In this document: positions 23,960 to 35,807 of the stretch, piece after piece
How positions within the stretch are numbered: position 1 is the first letter of the stretch
How the letters are laid out: every line of letters begins with the position of its first letter
NCBI RefSeq assembly: GCF_036321535.1
Contig: NC_087437.1
Location: 55,430,001 to 55,494,000 of the forward strand
Origin: Camelus dromedarius
Lineage: Eukaryota
Direction: 5' to 3'
Length of the DNA: 64,000 nucleotides
Made by a program: the position numbers and the translations under genes
Notes under the pieces: model-generated
What the model was told of the DNA's origin: nothing
The model's input: the letters and a program-made list of their open reading frames with translations, nothing else
Database searches by the model: none

Positions 23960-24106
23960 ATTTTAACAGCTTTATTGTGGTATGGTTCCTGTACAGTGAA
24001 CTACACATATTTCAGGTGAACAATTTGATGAATTTTGATAGATGTCTAAACCCGTGAAACCACCACCACGATCAAGATAGCTAACATGTCCATCACTCCC
24101 CAAGAA
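23960..24106 (-). mobile_element. Old L1MB-type 3' end fragment
   Basis: aacagctttattgtggtat...caatttgatgaattttga...ccgtgaaaccaccaccacgatcaagatag...tccatcactcccc. Confidence 0.75.
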
Positions 24107-24372
24107 GCGCAATTTTCAGATTCCCAATTTATCCCTTCCCACCTCCTTTACCACCTGGTAACCATAAGTTTGTTCTCTATGTCTGTGAGTCTGTTTCTGT
24201 TTTGTAGGTAAGTTCGTTTGTGTCCTTTTTTTAGATTCCACATATAAGTGATATCATATGGCATTTTTCTTTCTCTTTCTGGCTTACTTCACTTAGAATG
24301 ATGATCTCCAGGTCCATCCATGTTGCTGAAAATGGCATTATTTTATTCTTTTTCATGGCTGAGTAGTAGTAT
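24107..24372 (-). mobile_element. Young cetartiodactyl L1 3' UTR fragment lacking its terminal end
   Basis: cccaatttatccctt...ggtaaccataagtttgttctctatgtctgtgagtctg...gattccacatataagtgatatcatatgg...ggctgagtagtag; homologous to the L1 copies at ~51640-51900 and ~61760-62010. Confidence 0.85.
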
Positions 24373-24619
24373 ATAGAAAAGATCTTAGGACTTAAGTCAG
24401 GAGACATGGATCCAAGACCTTGTTCAGTTGCTTACTAGCTATTTGGTGTTGGACCAATCTTTGGAACACTTGGACCCTCAGTTGCCCCTAATGCCTAGGA
24501 TTTTGTGCAGCAAAAGTTTTCTAAGTTTGTTGATTTCAACCCCTGCCCTCTATCCTATTTTGTTTAAGCTGTTAACTTCCCTTTATGAATATTGCTTTTG
24601 ACTTCTGGATCTTTATTAT

Positions 24620-25610
24620 TACGGATATTAATTTAGACATAGACTTTTGATCTGCATATTTCTTCCTTCTCCAGGCTCATGTTTCCAGCTGACTATTGGG
24701 AATCTGTAGGATGTTAGACACCTCAAACATGTCTAAAATAAAACCCTTGATTCCTGCACCTCAACACCTCCAACTCCTCCAACCCCTGGCCTTCCCAGCT
24801 CAGTAATGATGTCACTATCTAGCTAATTGCTCAGAACAAAAATCTAGGTGTCATCATTGCTTTCTCTGTTTTCTTCATTCCCCCTGTGTTCAATCACACC
24901 AGCAGGTTCTGTGACTTTACCTCTGAAAACTACCCCCAATTCAACCAGTTCTCATGCTCTCCACTGCTAACCTGGTCTAAGCCACTGTCATGTCTTGCCT
25001 GGACTAATGAAGTGACCTCAAGCTCACCCTATCTTCCTGCTTCTATTCTTGGCCCTAACAGTAAATTCTTCATGCAGTAGCCAGAATTATTTTTTAAAAG
25101 TAAAAAATCATGCAATGTTGAACTTTTCCTTAAAATCACTTCAATACATACTCCTTAACATGGCTTACAAGATTTTTCATGCCTAGTGCTCCAACCTCTT
25201 TCTTCTGGTCACTGTAATCCAGTCTTACAGGCCTTTTCTGTGTTCCTTGAATAAACTAAACTCATCCCTACCTCACAGCCTTTGCAGGTGTGGTTGTTGT
25301 CTTCCTGAAATAACTTCTTCACATGATTGCCTCTTTTTCAACATTTGGACCTCAGCTCAAGTTTTACTTCCACAGGAAGACTTGTCCTGAACACAGTTAT
25401 AAAGTAACCTTCAATCCCCTATCCCTTTACCACATTTTATTTTCCTCCTAGAATCCATCACCATCAAAATACATATCTACTTTCGCTTTTTGACTCATAG
25501 CATATGAATGTAAACTTCATGAGAACAGGGTTCTTGCCATTCTAGTCACAGCACTGAGAACATTTCTGGAGTATAGACTAAGTGCTTTGTCAATGTTTCT
25601 TGAATGATTT
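24620..25610 (+). mobile_element. L2 LINE (~1 kb, including the 3' end)
   Basis: acacctcaaacatgtctaaaat...tcttgcctggacta...gaatgtaaacttcatgagaacaggg...tgtttcttgaatga. Confidence 0.8.
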
Positions 25611-25629
25611 TAGATGCCCTTTCATCTGC

Positions 25630-26160
25630 TAATGACACAGAGAGTTAGTTTACAGTATTGATAGAAATAACCCATATACACACAGAAAATTAAAGCAGCT
25701 AAAACAAAAATGACACCTGGTAAACTTAAATAGCTGATAAACAAACTGAAAAAATTACATATTATTTGTGACATTGAGAAGCAAAATTTGGTCTGAGGAA
25801 AATTAGTTTTGTTAAACATGAGGTTACATTAACAACTAAAATCAAACTCAGGAAAATGGTAATATTGAAAATTATAACTGGGAGAAGAAAACATATAATG
25901 GCTAAATTTGAAATGGATAAAAATCAAATATTTGTTGTAAAAGTTGCAGAGAAAAGAATCCATCCAGTGGAAAACCTTCAGAAAATAAATTTATCTAAAT
26001 GGAAAAAATAAAAAATTCTTTAACTGTTTCTTTCAGATGGAAAAGTATTCAATGAATTCAATTGTCTCAGTGTAATTCATGTCAGAAAACACAATCTTCA
26101 TGAAAATTTACTAATGCTTGTATAGTTTTGATATAGAAATAAGGAAATAAGTAATAATGT
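25630..26160 (+). mobile_element. Ancient RTE-clade LINE reverse-transcriptase relic (L4/RTE-X or MamRTE-like)
   Basis: Broken-frame translations TPGKLK*LINKLKKLH, KFGLRKISFVK, WKTFRK*IYLNGK and KVFNEF..LSVIHV resemble RTE RT C-terminal motifs in the expected order. Confidence 0.5.
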
Positions 26161-26209
26161 CCTCTTGCACCTGCTTTTTTTTTTTTTTAACCTTTCTCCT
26201 GGACTATCT

Positions 26210-26640
26210 GTAAGAAGTTAGACGACTGGTTAGACACCTCAAAAAACATGTTTAAAATAGAACCTTGCAATTCAGGTGGCTTTGTGAAGAGTTTCTCTCT
26301 CACCATGTCCTAGGTCTTTCACTTTTGTTGGTTTCAATCTCAGTCAGGTTCCCACTGTGTGTGGCACAAATGACCATGAATACCTCCGGGCTTGGATTCT
26401 ATCAGTTTCACACCACACTGGCCAAGTGCCCATACCTGAACCAGTCTCTGGGACCAGAGGAATGGATTCCTCTGATTGGTTAGGCCTGAGTCATGTGATA
26501 ATGTCAGCTTCACTTAAAATATTTGGATTAAATGGAAGAGTGTGGTTCTCCAAAAGAAAGTCAAGGTACTCTTCTCTTGGAAGAGAAAATTCAAATGGAG
26601 GAAAGGATGCTGGGTTGGAAAGAACAACAGTTGCCAACTA
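26210..26640 (-). mobile_element. Old MaLR LTR (MLT1J/K/L-like)
   Basis: cctgaaccagtc...ctgattggttaggcctgagtcatgtg...ggttctccaaaagaaagtcaagg...ggatgctgggt...gccaacta. Confidence 0.6.
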
Positions 26641-26649
26641 GGCTCTTTC

Positions 26650-26960
26650 TAACCTCATCTCATTTATTGAAATCCTATTACCCCTTCAAGGACTGTCTCA
26701 AGAGTCTCCTTTTGAAGTCATTCCTGATCCTCTGACCATGTGTAGTTCCTCCCGCTTTTGTGTTTCTTCAGCATTTTGCACCTCTTTTTGCTGTTTAGTT
26801 TTGTGGGCTTTGTACAACCATTACAAGTTTGTCTTTTATATTATTGCAGCGTAACTTCTCTGAGGGCAGAGACTTCATCTCAATCGTCTTTAAATCTTCA
26901 ACAATGCCTGACAGGTGTCTGATTCATAGTAGACTACCAGAAAATATTTTCTAAACTGAC
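26650..26960 (+). mobile_element. L2 LINE 3' end
   Basis: atcctattaccccttcaagg...ctctgagggcagagact...aatgcctgaca...catagtagac. Confidence 0.65.
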
Positions 26961-27221
26961 TTAACATTGTACACATTATGAATAATGAAAAATAAACAAG
27001 ATGCCACAGCTAATTTTATTATGTACATAATTTATTTACTGATTAATTTATTAAAAGACTAACAGAAGCGATGTTAACAATTCTGAGAAGTGATTTCTAT
27101 CTAAGAAGTAAGAATAACCACAGCACCAGGAGAGCAGTCAACTTTCGTGGGGACCGGCTGGGGAGGGGCTGTGTCTGGACCTACCCTGCACTCACTAACT
27201 TTGCCTTCTTTTCCTCTTCAG

Positions 27222-27416
27222 TTGTCTGGTTTCATGTCTAAGCTTGTTCCAGCTATCCAGAATGCACACAAGGATTCCACTGGATCTGGAAGAGGAAAGG
27301 GATTGATGGTGATAACTGAACCCATTTTGATTGAGACCTACACGGGACTGATGTCATTCATTGGAAACCGCAACAAGCTTGGCTATTCCCTTGCCCGTGG
27401 GAGTATTGGTTTTTGA
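27222..27416 (+). CDS. TPRG1: TPRG1 last coding exon (64 aa + TGA)
   Basis: Branch point cactAAc at 27193-27199, polypyrimidine tract and CAG| acceptor. Encodes LSGFMSKLVPAIQNAHKDSTGSGRGKGLMVITEPILIETYTGLMSFIGNRNKLGYSLARGSIGF*, the TPRG1 C-terminus (paralog TPRG1L/mover ends ...LGYSMTRGKIGF). Confidence 0.95.
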   Translation: MSGFMSKLVPAIQNAHKDSTGSGRGKGLMVITEPILIETYTGLMSFIGNRNKLGYSLARGSIGF

Positions 27417-28049
27417 CACTTTTTTGGTGGATAAGTACATCACCCACAGACATGCCATTATTGAAGATTCTGTTTCAGCCCATCATATTTTTGGACTGAA
27501 ACAATTAATTACTTTTAAATAGTATTACATGATATTGAATATTTAGAACCTTAGGAAATCTAAAAGCTTGATTAGACTGATAGATGCATGCTTCAGATCT
27601 CATTAAGAATAATCAAATTTCCTAAAACCAGAAAATAAGTTCTAAGCCCATCAAATAATATCAAATTAATATCTGATCACAAACTTAGGGCAGACCCTCT
27701 GGGTTTTTGTTCCTCTGTCTTCTAAATGTAGGCATATTCTGGGTTTTGATCTTCAACCCTCTGATTCCAATCTTCTCTCTCATTAGGGTCTCAATCTGTA
27801 TTATTTTAGCTATCTTTTTTATGAAGGTGACTTCCAAATCCATATTCCCACCCCCACTATTTCTTCAAGATTCAGTTTTGCATTTGTCTGTTGATCATAT
27901 ATCTATATCAGTGTTCTGATGACCAGTTACATTCAGTATCTTTAAAATCCTAGTTCTCTCTGTAGTGTTTTTATGGTCTGTCATCATCTCTAAAATCCAT
28001 CAGTTTTGATGTCTTTAAATTCCTTGCCAAATGCATTTGATATAGTAGC

Positions 28050-28212
28050 TGTTTTAGTCTCTTTGAGTTGCTATAACAAAATGCCATAGACTCACTCGAT
28101 GGCCTTCATAACCTAATTACCCAAAGGCCCCCCAACTCTTAATACCATCATATTGGGTTTTAGGATTTCAACATGTAAGTTTTGAGGGGACACAAACATT
28201 CAGACCATAGAA
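28050..28212 (-). mobile_element. Internally deleted MLT1A-type LTR with 5-bp TSD
   Basis: Both LTR ends are present (tgttttagtc...gctataacaaaatgccatagact / ...gggggacacaaacattcagaccatag); TSD gtagc/gtacc. Confidence 0.85.
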
Positions 28213-28564
28213 GTACCACTGTCTGTGACTTAGCATTGTACCCAATGCCCAGATGTCAAACTTAAAGTCCATTTTTCTTTCAAAATTGTTCACATATTTC
28301 TTCTCTTTTCCATTCTCACAGGTATATTATTAGATCATGTTTCAAATTCTATTTACTTGGATAATTTCTGTAGATTTTTAATCGGCATCTTTGCTGTAAA
28401 GCTGACCCTTTTATAATCCATTTTGCACTTGGTTGCCAGATTCCTAAAGCACAATTTGATTGTCTCATTCCCTTCTCAAGAATCTTCGATGGCTCATTGC
28501 CTGCTGCAGATTTTTTTTTTTTAATCTCATACATTTTGCTTTGTCAATAACAGATTTTCCTTCT

Positions 28565-28570
28565 AATAAA
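28565..28570 (+). promoter_or_regulatory. Candidate TPRG1 polyadenylation signal (first AATAAA I found after the stop codon)
   Basis: AATAAA 1.15 kb after the TGA; alternatives at 30224 and ~30800. Actual usage unknown. Confidence 0.35.
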
Positions 28571-29799
28571 ATGTTTCATATGCCCAATATGAAAAACAGA
28601 AGTAGGGCCACTATGATTGAAACAGAGTTGGAAATGCCATTGACTTCCTCTTTTTTGGGGTCTCAGAAGTGCCCCCTGTGGAATGTCTCTGGATCCCACA
28701 AGGTTTTAAGGAGATGTTTCCAAAAACACTGTCCTAACTCACTGTTTCCATTTTCCTTTCTCTCGCATTTCCTCATTGTCTCTCCTTGACTTTTGTCTAA
28801 TATTGAACTCAGGAGATTACTTCACCTGTTTTCATCTCTTCAAGTTTTTCTTTTTCAATTTCATCTATTTTCAATTTATTTTGAAAAGAAGCTTTTAATG
28901 TTGAACACCATAAACATGATTATAATCAAGGTTTTGCCTGTCCCTAGACCCAAAGTTGAGACACCTTGGCTGTATTCAAGTTAAAACATTCCAGCTGATT
29001 TTTTTTTTCTTGCTGGGGGGAGCTTATGTGAAGTCTATTTTTAAAGTCTTTTCTTCAAAATGCTTACTTCCTCAGTTTCAAAGATTTGTTCTCTGATATT
29101 TCACAAACATCAAGTTGATGGAGGTATTCGAATCTTTGGATAACCCTCATTTTGTTTTGCCTTTGTCTTTATTTACTTCCATTAATATTTTTCTCCCTCC
29201 CTCCCTTTCCACTTCCCAGCATCTAATTCCCCTCCTTCCCCCCAATGGCAAATATTGTTACAGTCCCCAAGGCAGGGAACTTCTATTCAGACTGTAAAAG
29301 GAAATGTTGAAATCTTTAGCTGTCCTGTCAACAGTAGTGGAATGAAAAGTCGTTGGGTTATTTTGGCAGTGGTTCTGAAGCAGGTACAATTGGCAAATTA
29401 TTGTAACACTGCTGCCCGAAAATCCCCATTTGCCTCAAGATAGTGGCATTTGTTGGCAGCAGCCTCTGAAATGTCCAGCACATTCTCTCTCTCGTTACCA
29501 TTTAAGGATCAGTCTGACAATTGGCTTCTTTCTGCATATATTTTCCCTCTGTAAGCTAGTGGACTATTCCCAACTGACCTTCGAAAGGATACAGGGCAAC
29601 ATCATCAGTGGAAGCAAATCAGAAAAGATGAGAGGAAGGAGATGTCTCCTAGCCCTGAGGGTCAGGGTACCACAGCTGTTAAGTGCGGAGAAGAGTGATC
29701 CCAGAGATGACATGAGAACCATCTTCACATTTCACACAGACCATCCTGTGGGATATTCCAGAAACTGATAAATGGGATCTAGAAAGCTGGACTATAACC

Positions 29800-30020
29800 A
29801 GAGAATAAGAGGATTCAGGAATTTGGATGTCAGTTTAAGATAAGAAAGAAAGAGGTCCTTAGAGTTAGAAATGTCCAAAGATGGGGTGGGTTGCTCCTTG
29901 AAATAGGGAGTCCTCCATCACTTGATGTGCACAAGTAGGGACTAGATAGAGTGGGTATTGTGAAAGGGATTGCTGAGGAGATGATAGATAAGATCCTTTA
30001 AAGCCAGAGACTGCATGATT
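29800..30020 (+). mobile_element. L3/CR1 LINE 3' fragment
   Basis: atgtccaaagatgggg..gggttgctccttgaaatagggagtcctccatcacttgatgtg. Confidence 0.65.
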
Positions 30021-30079
30021 CTCCAAATAATTGTTGCTAATGACTAGATAACAGACACTTTTTTTCTTTGGAAAAAGTT

Positions 30080-30240
30080 GAATCAGTCATGTGAGACCCT
30101 GGAAAATTACCTTAATTTTCTAAGTTTTAATTTCTTCATCTGTAAAAAGAGACACTATCTCTTCTGCCTACTTCATGAAGATCCTGTGAGGACTCAAGGA
30201 AATGAGGTTAAATTATTTTATGAAATAAAAATCACTGACT
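30080..30240 (+). mobile_element. MIR SINE
   Basis: tgagaccctgg..aattacctta...tttcttcatctgtaaaa. Confidence 0.7.
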
Positions 30241-32604
30241 ATCTGCCTTCAGGGTGATGTCACTTTGGCAGCAGAAACTGGAACAACATCCAAGAGAACT
30301 AAATTCAGTTCTTCTGGGAATTGTTTCTTGATCACTATGGGCCTACTGACCATCTTTTCCCCATTTGGCACGCGGTGTTTTCACAAGGGCTCCTTGTCCG
30401 TGAGGTCATCAGGCAGCCACAAAGCACAAACCTGGAGACTCACAGGTATGCCTGGGCTTTTCCTTCAGACTGTCATCTGAACTGTACCAAGAAAGCTTCC
30501 CAGAGAGTCATCATAGGTCTGATTGGGAATAAGATTAGATACGACACAGAGGCCTTAAACACAGAGCATGTCATCATAAAAATGTCATGGTTGGCCATCT
30601 TCTCTGTCTGATATTCGTCCATTCGGGAAATCTTACTAGAAAATCCCCAATAAGTCTCCTTTCAGAAACTGTTTGAACAACTCTGTTGACAGATTGCTCA
30701 CAGTCTTCTGATCCATTTTGGGCAGTTCTGATGGTTGGAGAGTTCTCCTTCTGGTGATTGAGATTCTGTAGTTTCCAGCTTCCATCTCTTTCATTTAAAA
30801 ATAAAATTCCTCTGCTAGAGTAGGTTCAGCCTGGGTTTCCATACCTAAATGTGGGACATCTGGGTTACAGAAGCTAGGCTGGTGGATTCTCTAACACTTA
30901 CAGAAAGAGGAGCAGCCAAGAATCACCATGCCTGACCCCCGAGTGTGCCACTGGACTTCTTTAGGAGCCTGCCCTTTGGCCATCTTCTAAGGCAGGAAAG
31001 AGAAGCCAGAGTCCCAGTCTCATCATCCCTTTGCTGAAGCAAGACTCAGGAAGCTGACGCTTGAAGCCCTGGGGCCAAGAAAGCACAGAAGCCGTCTAAT
31101 CCAACGCTTTCATTCACAGAACAGGAAGTCAGGGCCTAGGAACTGGAGAGAAATCACTCAAAAAGCAGGTGGTGAATTGTTGGCACTACTAGGATTAAAC
31201 TCTAAACGCTTCCAATCTCCTAGTCCTGACCCATACTCTTTCCATGTGTCTCCAATCCCAGGAAAAGACACTTCATCTCAATCAGGGCATCATAATTTCT
31301 GGGTTAATTCTGAGGCGAGAAAACAATAGGTCACCGTTGTTTAGAGGGAATTTCCAGAAATTGCCTGTATTTTCTTAAAGGCTAAGGTCACTCATAGAGC
31401 TCTCTGATTTCCTATCTGATCAAAAAGCCCAAACAAAGCTGCGGAAGCCAGCAGAGCCAGCGAAGATTTTGTAAGGCAATTTTACCCCTGCCTGGCATTT
31501 TGTGGGGCAGGGGAGGGGAGGGCAAAGGTATTAAATTAAGGCTTAAAAGCTCCTCAGAAATTCTTTACACACAAGAGACCCAAGTTGGAGAAAAGAAGAT
31601 GACTCGTGCCAAAGGGAAGAAAGAGAGAGACTAATGCCTGTGGTTTTCAAAGGTTAACAACAAAAAAACCCCCAAGTATTTGCACAGGGATGAATGCTCA
31701 TTGGCTCTTGGCCAACAATTATACAAGGGCTGGTGCCCACATCCTGTAGCTGTGGTTTAGGGACGCTGCTCATGAGTGACTTCTTATGCTTAGTGGCAGG
31801 AAACTTTAGTCACTGGTGTGTAAACTCACCTTTGGTCTGCACCTCCCACAACGTGCTCCGCAGGCACTGAGGGACCAGGCCTCCTGATTTCCTAGCAGAT
31901 AGCAGGTCCTCAGAGGCCCAGGAAGAACCCAGTTTGAGGCCCTGGGAGTGACTGAGACTTGATTGAGACTTACCTTATTCCACTCGATGGTAGCAATGCC
32001 TTAGGACAATTTTGGAGCCACAAGGAAGAATTATGATATCCTCTGCTAAATCCTTTCACTGGCCTCAAAAATCTAAGTCCTTTCAGGGCTACAATGTGAA
32101 ATACGAGAGGCAAAGTCATGAGGCTGCTTCTGAGCCTAGATCTTGTATCTGAGGAATTATTTTACACTCAGTTTTAAAAGGTTCCTAGTAAATATCTCAC
32201 AAGTCTCCTTTTCAGTGAAGCCAAATGGAATTTGCCAGAAATTAGTCAAAAAGCAGATGGTGGATATTGGGCGATACTGGGAGCAAATGCTAAACCTTCC
32301 ATCTTTCTATTCCTGGCCATTGCCCTTTCCGTACACCCCCATTCCCAGGGAAAGGCATTTCATCTAAATCATGTGTCATTAGCTAATTTGAGGTGAGAAG
32401 ACAGTAGGTCCAGTTTAATTCACTCTTGTGTTTTTAGGTAGAAATGAGATAATGAGAAGCTCCATTATGAGTAGAGAATATATTGAGATAAATTTCTCAG
32501 AACTGCCACCTTGTCTCTCACATCCTGTCCACAGTTCCTACCCCATGCATCTCAGGAATTACCTTCCCTTCCTTTTATATTCCTGCTCACTCTTTATGGA
32601 ATTA

Positions 32605-33450
32605 TTGAAACTGAGATTGGAGGGGACCTTAAAGGTCATGTAGTTTAGCTTCCTACCTACTGCAGGAATGCCCTCAATCAAAACACACACACAGCAGATG
32701 CAGACTCAGTTTCTGCAAAAAAACATTGTCAGGGCAGAGAATCCCTTGCTTGCTACAACAGTTCTTTCTACTGCTAAGCAATGACAGTGAGTAGAAGGTT
32801 TTTCTAAATATTATATCCAAATCTTCCTCCCTGAAAATATATCTGTTTGGTCCTTGATCTTCCTTTGAAGTTACTCCAAGTAAATCAGTTCCCTATTTCA
32901 TGTGGCTGCACTTCAAATAAAGGCAGACTGACTGGTGCTCATCCAACAAAGCAGTTTTATTTTTGTTTGTTTATTTTTTGTGTTCTTTTTGACAGAAAAA
33001 TCCTAGTTACCACAACCATTCTTCATATGATGGATTATCCAGAACCCTTACTTAACTTATCTCTTGTTTGTGGACTATTCTGTTTGGTTAGCATTTAAAA
33101 TATTATATTCAACTCTGGCATGGCAGTTCAAATATAATCTGACCAGTGCAGGTTAGAACGTAGTTGCTTTTCATTTGCCAATAAATTGTTATTAATGAAA
33201 TCCAGGTTTTATCATACCATTTTTTTTCCCACATGAAGCTTATGAGCAACTTCATGCTATCTATAATATATAACATCTTCTTTTCTGATTTAGTAATCTC
33301 ATTTAAGGAACAAATGAGGCCACTTTAGTATGGATTATTTGTAATGAACTTATATTAGCTCATAGTAATCACTCCTTTTCTTTTTTGAATTTTAAATTTA
33401 TTTGTTAAGTCTTCCCTAAACTATCTGTTTAATATTTTATCCCAAGTCAG
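32605..33450 (-). mobile_element. L3/CR1 LINE fragment
   Basis: gagattggaggggaccttaaaggtcatgtagt...tgcaggaatgccctc..., an antisense L3 3' end; the distal boundary is uncertain. Confidence 0.55.
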
Positions 33451-33495
33451 TGTCAAACTTACTTTTCTATAGTATTTGGCAACTAACATTCCTTT

Positions 33496-33716
33496 CAAGT
33501 GGGATTTTTTTCCATCTTCAATCTAGAGGACAAGGTGGGAATGGTTACCATGATTGACAGCTGAGCCGAAGCAGTAATCAGAATGATTTCATCCACAGAG
33601 ATCTTTAGCCTTGGTTGGCTGATCATTTTGTCCCCGGAGCAAAAATGGATGGGCAGTCCGCTCAAGTCTTATTCAGTGTGTATAAGCTAAAGTAAACCGA
33701 AGTCTGATTTGAATCA
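33496..33716 (+). mobile_element. ERV-L gag C-terminal fragment (degenerate)
   Basis: Translates QGGNGYHD*QLSRSSNQNDFIHRDL*PWLADHFVPGAKMDGQSAQVLFSVYKLK, like ERV-L Gag QGG..Y.NGQQ...NQN.LTR.DLW.WL..HGVPR.EID.....LL.LYKQK. Confidence 0.75.
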
Positions 33717-34240
33717 GCGTCTACCACCCCATGATACCCTTATCCTCACTGCATTCAGATTGCCCAATTCAATGGCAACAGTTACCACTGTCATTTTTGG
33801 CCTACAGAGAATAGCCACAATGAAACTGTTTAAGAATGTTGAGTTTCCCCTCACAAACGTACTTCTCATGGTCTCAGTGAAGAAGTGTCTCTGGAACTTC
33901 TGAGGGGGTATAGTTAGAGGGTAACTGAGGAGTTCTTACATAATAAATCTGCTTGAGCATCACAATCTCCCTAACCTTTGTCTGCCTTCTTCTAGCATTT
34001 CAGCTTCATTCAGTATACACTTCCTTTGGGTCCATGTTTCAGTCAATTAACCAAGCAAACTCTTGGAGCCATTTTTAGTGACTCAAACACACTGAATTCA
34101 AAATCTATTCTGGTGCACTCTAAACAATAATTTTTGTTTGCTCCAACATTATATTGCTTCCACCTTGATCTAACACTCTTAGGATCAGCTCCCATGTATG
34201 TTCTCCAGTTATCTGTAATTTTTTAGGGTCATATTACACC
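33717..34240 (-). mobile_element. ERV-L gag central (capsid) fragment, inverted
   Basis: Minus strand reads TGEHTWELILRVLDQGGSNIMLEQ... and FTETMRSTFVRGNSTFLNSFIVAILCRPKMTVVTVAIELGNLNAVRIRVSWGGR, matching ERV-L Gag GE.VWEWILRVWDNGGRNIKLDQ... and FT..LRNKFVRGAP..LKS.V.ALLCRP.LTVG.A..QL.NLN. Confidence 0.8.
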
Positions 34241-34299
34241 TTCACATGAATAACACTATTTTACTTATTTATTAGAAGTTGAATTTGGTTATAAGTCTA

Positions 34300-35645
34300 G
34301 AAACAATGCAGAATGAGAATGATTATTGTACATTTAATCAGGTGCTGACTCTTACAATTTTTGATCCAGATGTGGCTTTTTGTTGGTTGGTTGGTTGGTT
34401 GGTTTGTCTTTGCTTGAGAAAAACAATAAGTTCCCTGGTACCTGGTATGCAGTTATTGATATGGCAATTTTTTTTTTTCTTTTTACCTGATGTTAAAAAA
34501 CCGTCAGGGGCAGTTTACTTTCAGATGTTAGGACCAGCAGTGTACTCAACAATGTACATCAACCTTCCAAACCTGTGTCACATTCTAACCAACAGGAAAC
34601 TGGATCACCTCTGTGTTCTGTAAGTCATCACGTTGGTCTGTTTTACTGATGATATCATGTGTTGATACAACCAGGTGAACAGGAAGTAGCAACGATTCCA
34701 ATACTTGTGTGACACATACATGGAAATATATCTCTCCAAAATTCCAAGGCTATTGTCAACAAAAGTCACACTAGTGACTATTCTAGGGTATCAGTGGTCT
34801 GAGACATGTCAAGATATACCTCCTAAGGCAAATGGCAAATTTCTGCCCCGCTATTACTAAGGAAGAGTCAGCATGCTTAATAGGGTTCTTCAGATTTTGG
34901 AGGCAACGTGTATCTCATTTGGGTTTGCTATTTGAACCCATTAACCAAGTAACCCAAAAGCTTGGTAGCTTTTAGTGGGGGACCGAACAGGAGAAGGGTC
35001 TGGAAGAGCTCCATGCTGCTGTGGAAGCTACTTTGTCATTTGAGCTGTATACCCAGTAGATCCAATGGTGCTTGAAGTATCTGCTGCATTTAGAGATGCT
35101 ACAGGGAAACTTTGGCCAGCCCCTCTGGGTAAATCACTGGATAGCCCTGAGGGTTTTAGGCAAAGATATTCCATTCTCTGAGGTATCAATTTTCCTTTTG
35201 GATTGCTACTGGGTCCTAGCAGAGCTCCAGCACTTGACCGTATACCACCAAGTTGCAATGCAACTTACGCTGTGCATAACGAACTGGATGTTATCTGACT
35301 CACAAAGTCATATACTTGGGCATGCACAGTAGCACTCTATTGTCAGTTGGAGCTGATATGTACCTGACAAGGCTCAAGCAGGTCCTGAACGTCAAGCAAG
35401 TTGCAAGTAAGTGTCCCAGAGAACTAGGGTACCTATTCCCACTACATCTTCTCTTGCTCAACCCACAATTAGGGTTTCATGGAGAGTTCTCTATAACCAA
35501 CAGATTGAGAGAAGAGAAACAAGCTTAATTTACAGATGTTTTTGCAAATATGCTCCATCATCTGGAAGTGGACCACCGCGGCATCTACTCCATGGTGGCA
35601 CCGAAAAAAGACTGTGAAGGAAATTCCTCCTAGTGGGCAGAATAA
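34300..35645 (+). mobile_element. ERV-L pol (RT to start of RNase H) pseudogene fragment
   Basis: Segments DYCTFNQVLTLTIFDPDV, TWYAVIDMA, TLVCFTDDIM (YIDD box), LLDCYWVLAELQHLTVYHQVAMQLTLCITNWMLSDSQSHILGHAQ and WKWTTAA occur in ERV-L Pol order, with many stops and frameshifts. Confidence 0.9.
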
Positions 35646-35807
35646 ATGGAATTCCATTTCCATGTTCTGCTTCAAGACTACTTCCCATTTTATAACTGAG
35701 GAAACAGATCTGGAGTAGGGATGTGATCCAGTTACTGCCACACATACCTCACAAAGCCACGGCAGCGTCTTAAAAGTAGAGACATGATGCTGTTTCTTCC
35801 ATTTTGC

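Larger units (their letters stand above)
16249..27221 (+). other. TPRG1: TPRG1 last intron (10,973 bp, GT-AG)
   Basis: GT at 16249 and AG at 27220-27221; phase-0 junction joins the two exons in frame. Confidence 0.9.

Noticed and set aside
27147..27221. N-terminal part (MGTGWGGAV...) of ORF 27147-27416
   Set aside because: It is intronic: it contains the branch point and polypyrimidine tract and starts at GTG. The real exon begins at 27222.
33717..34240. Exapted Fv1-like ERV-L gag gene
   Set aside because: In-frame stops and frameshifts; no intact ORF over the capsid region.
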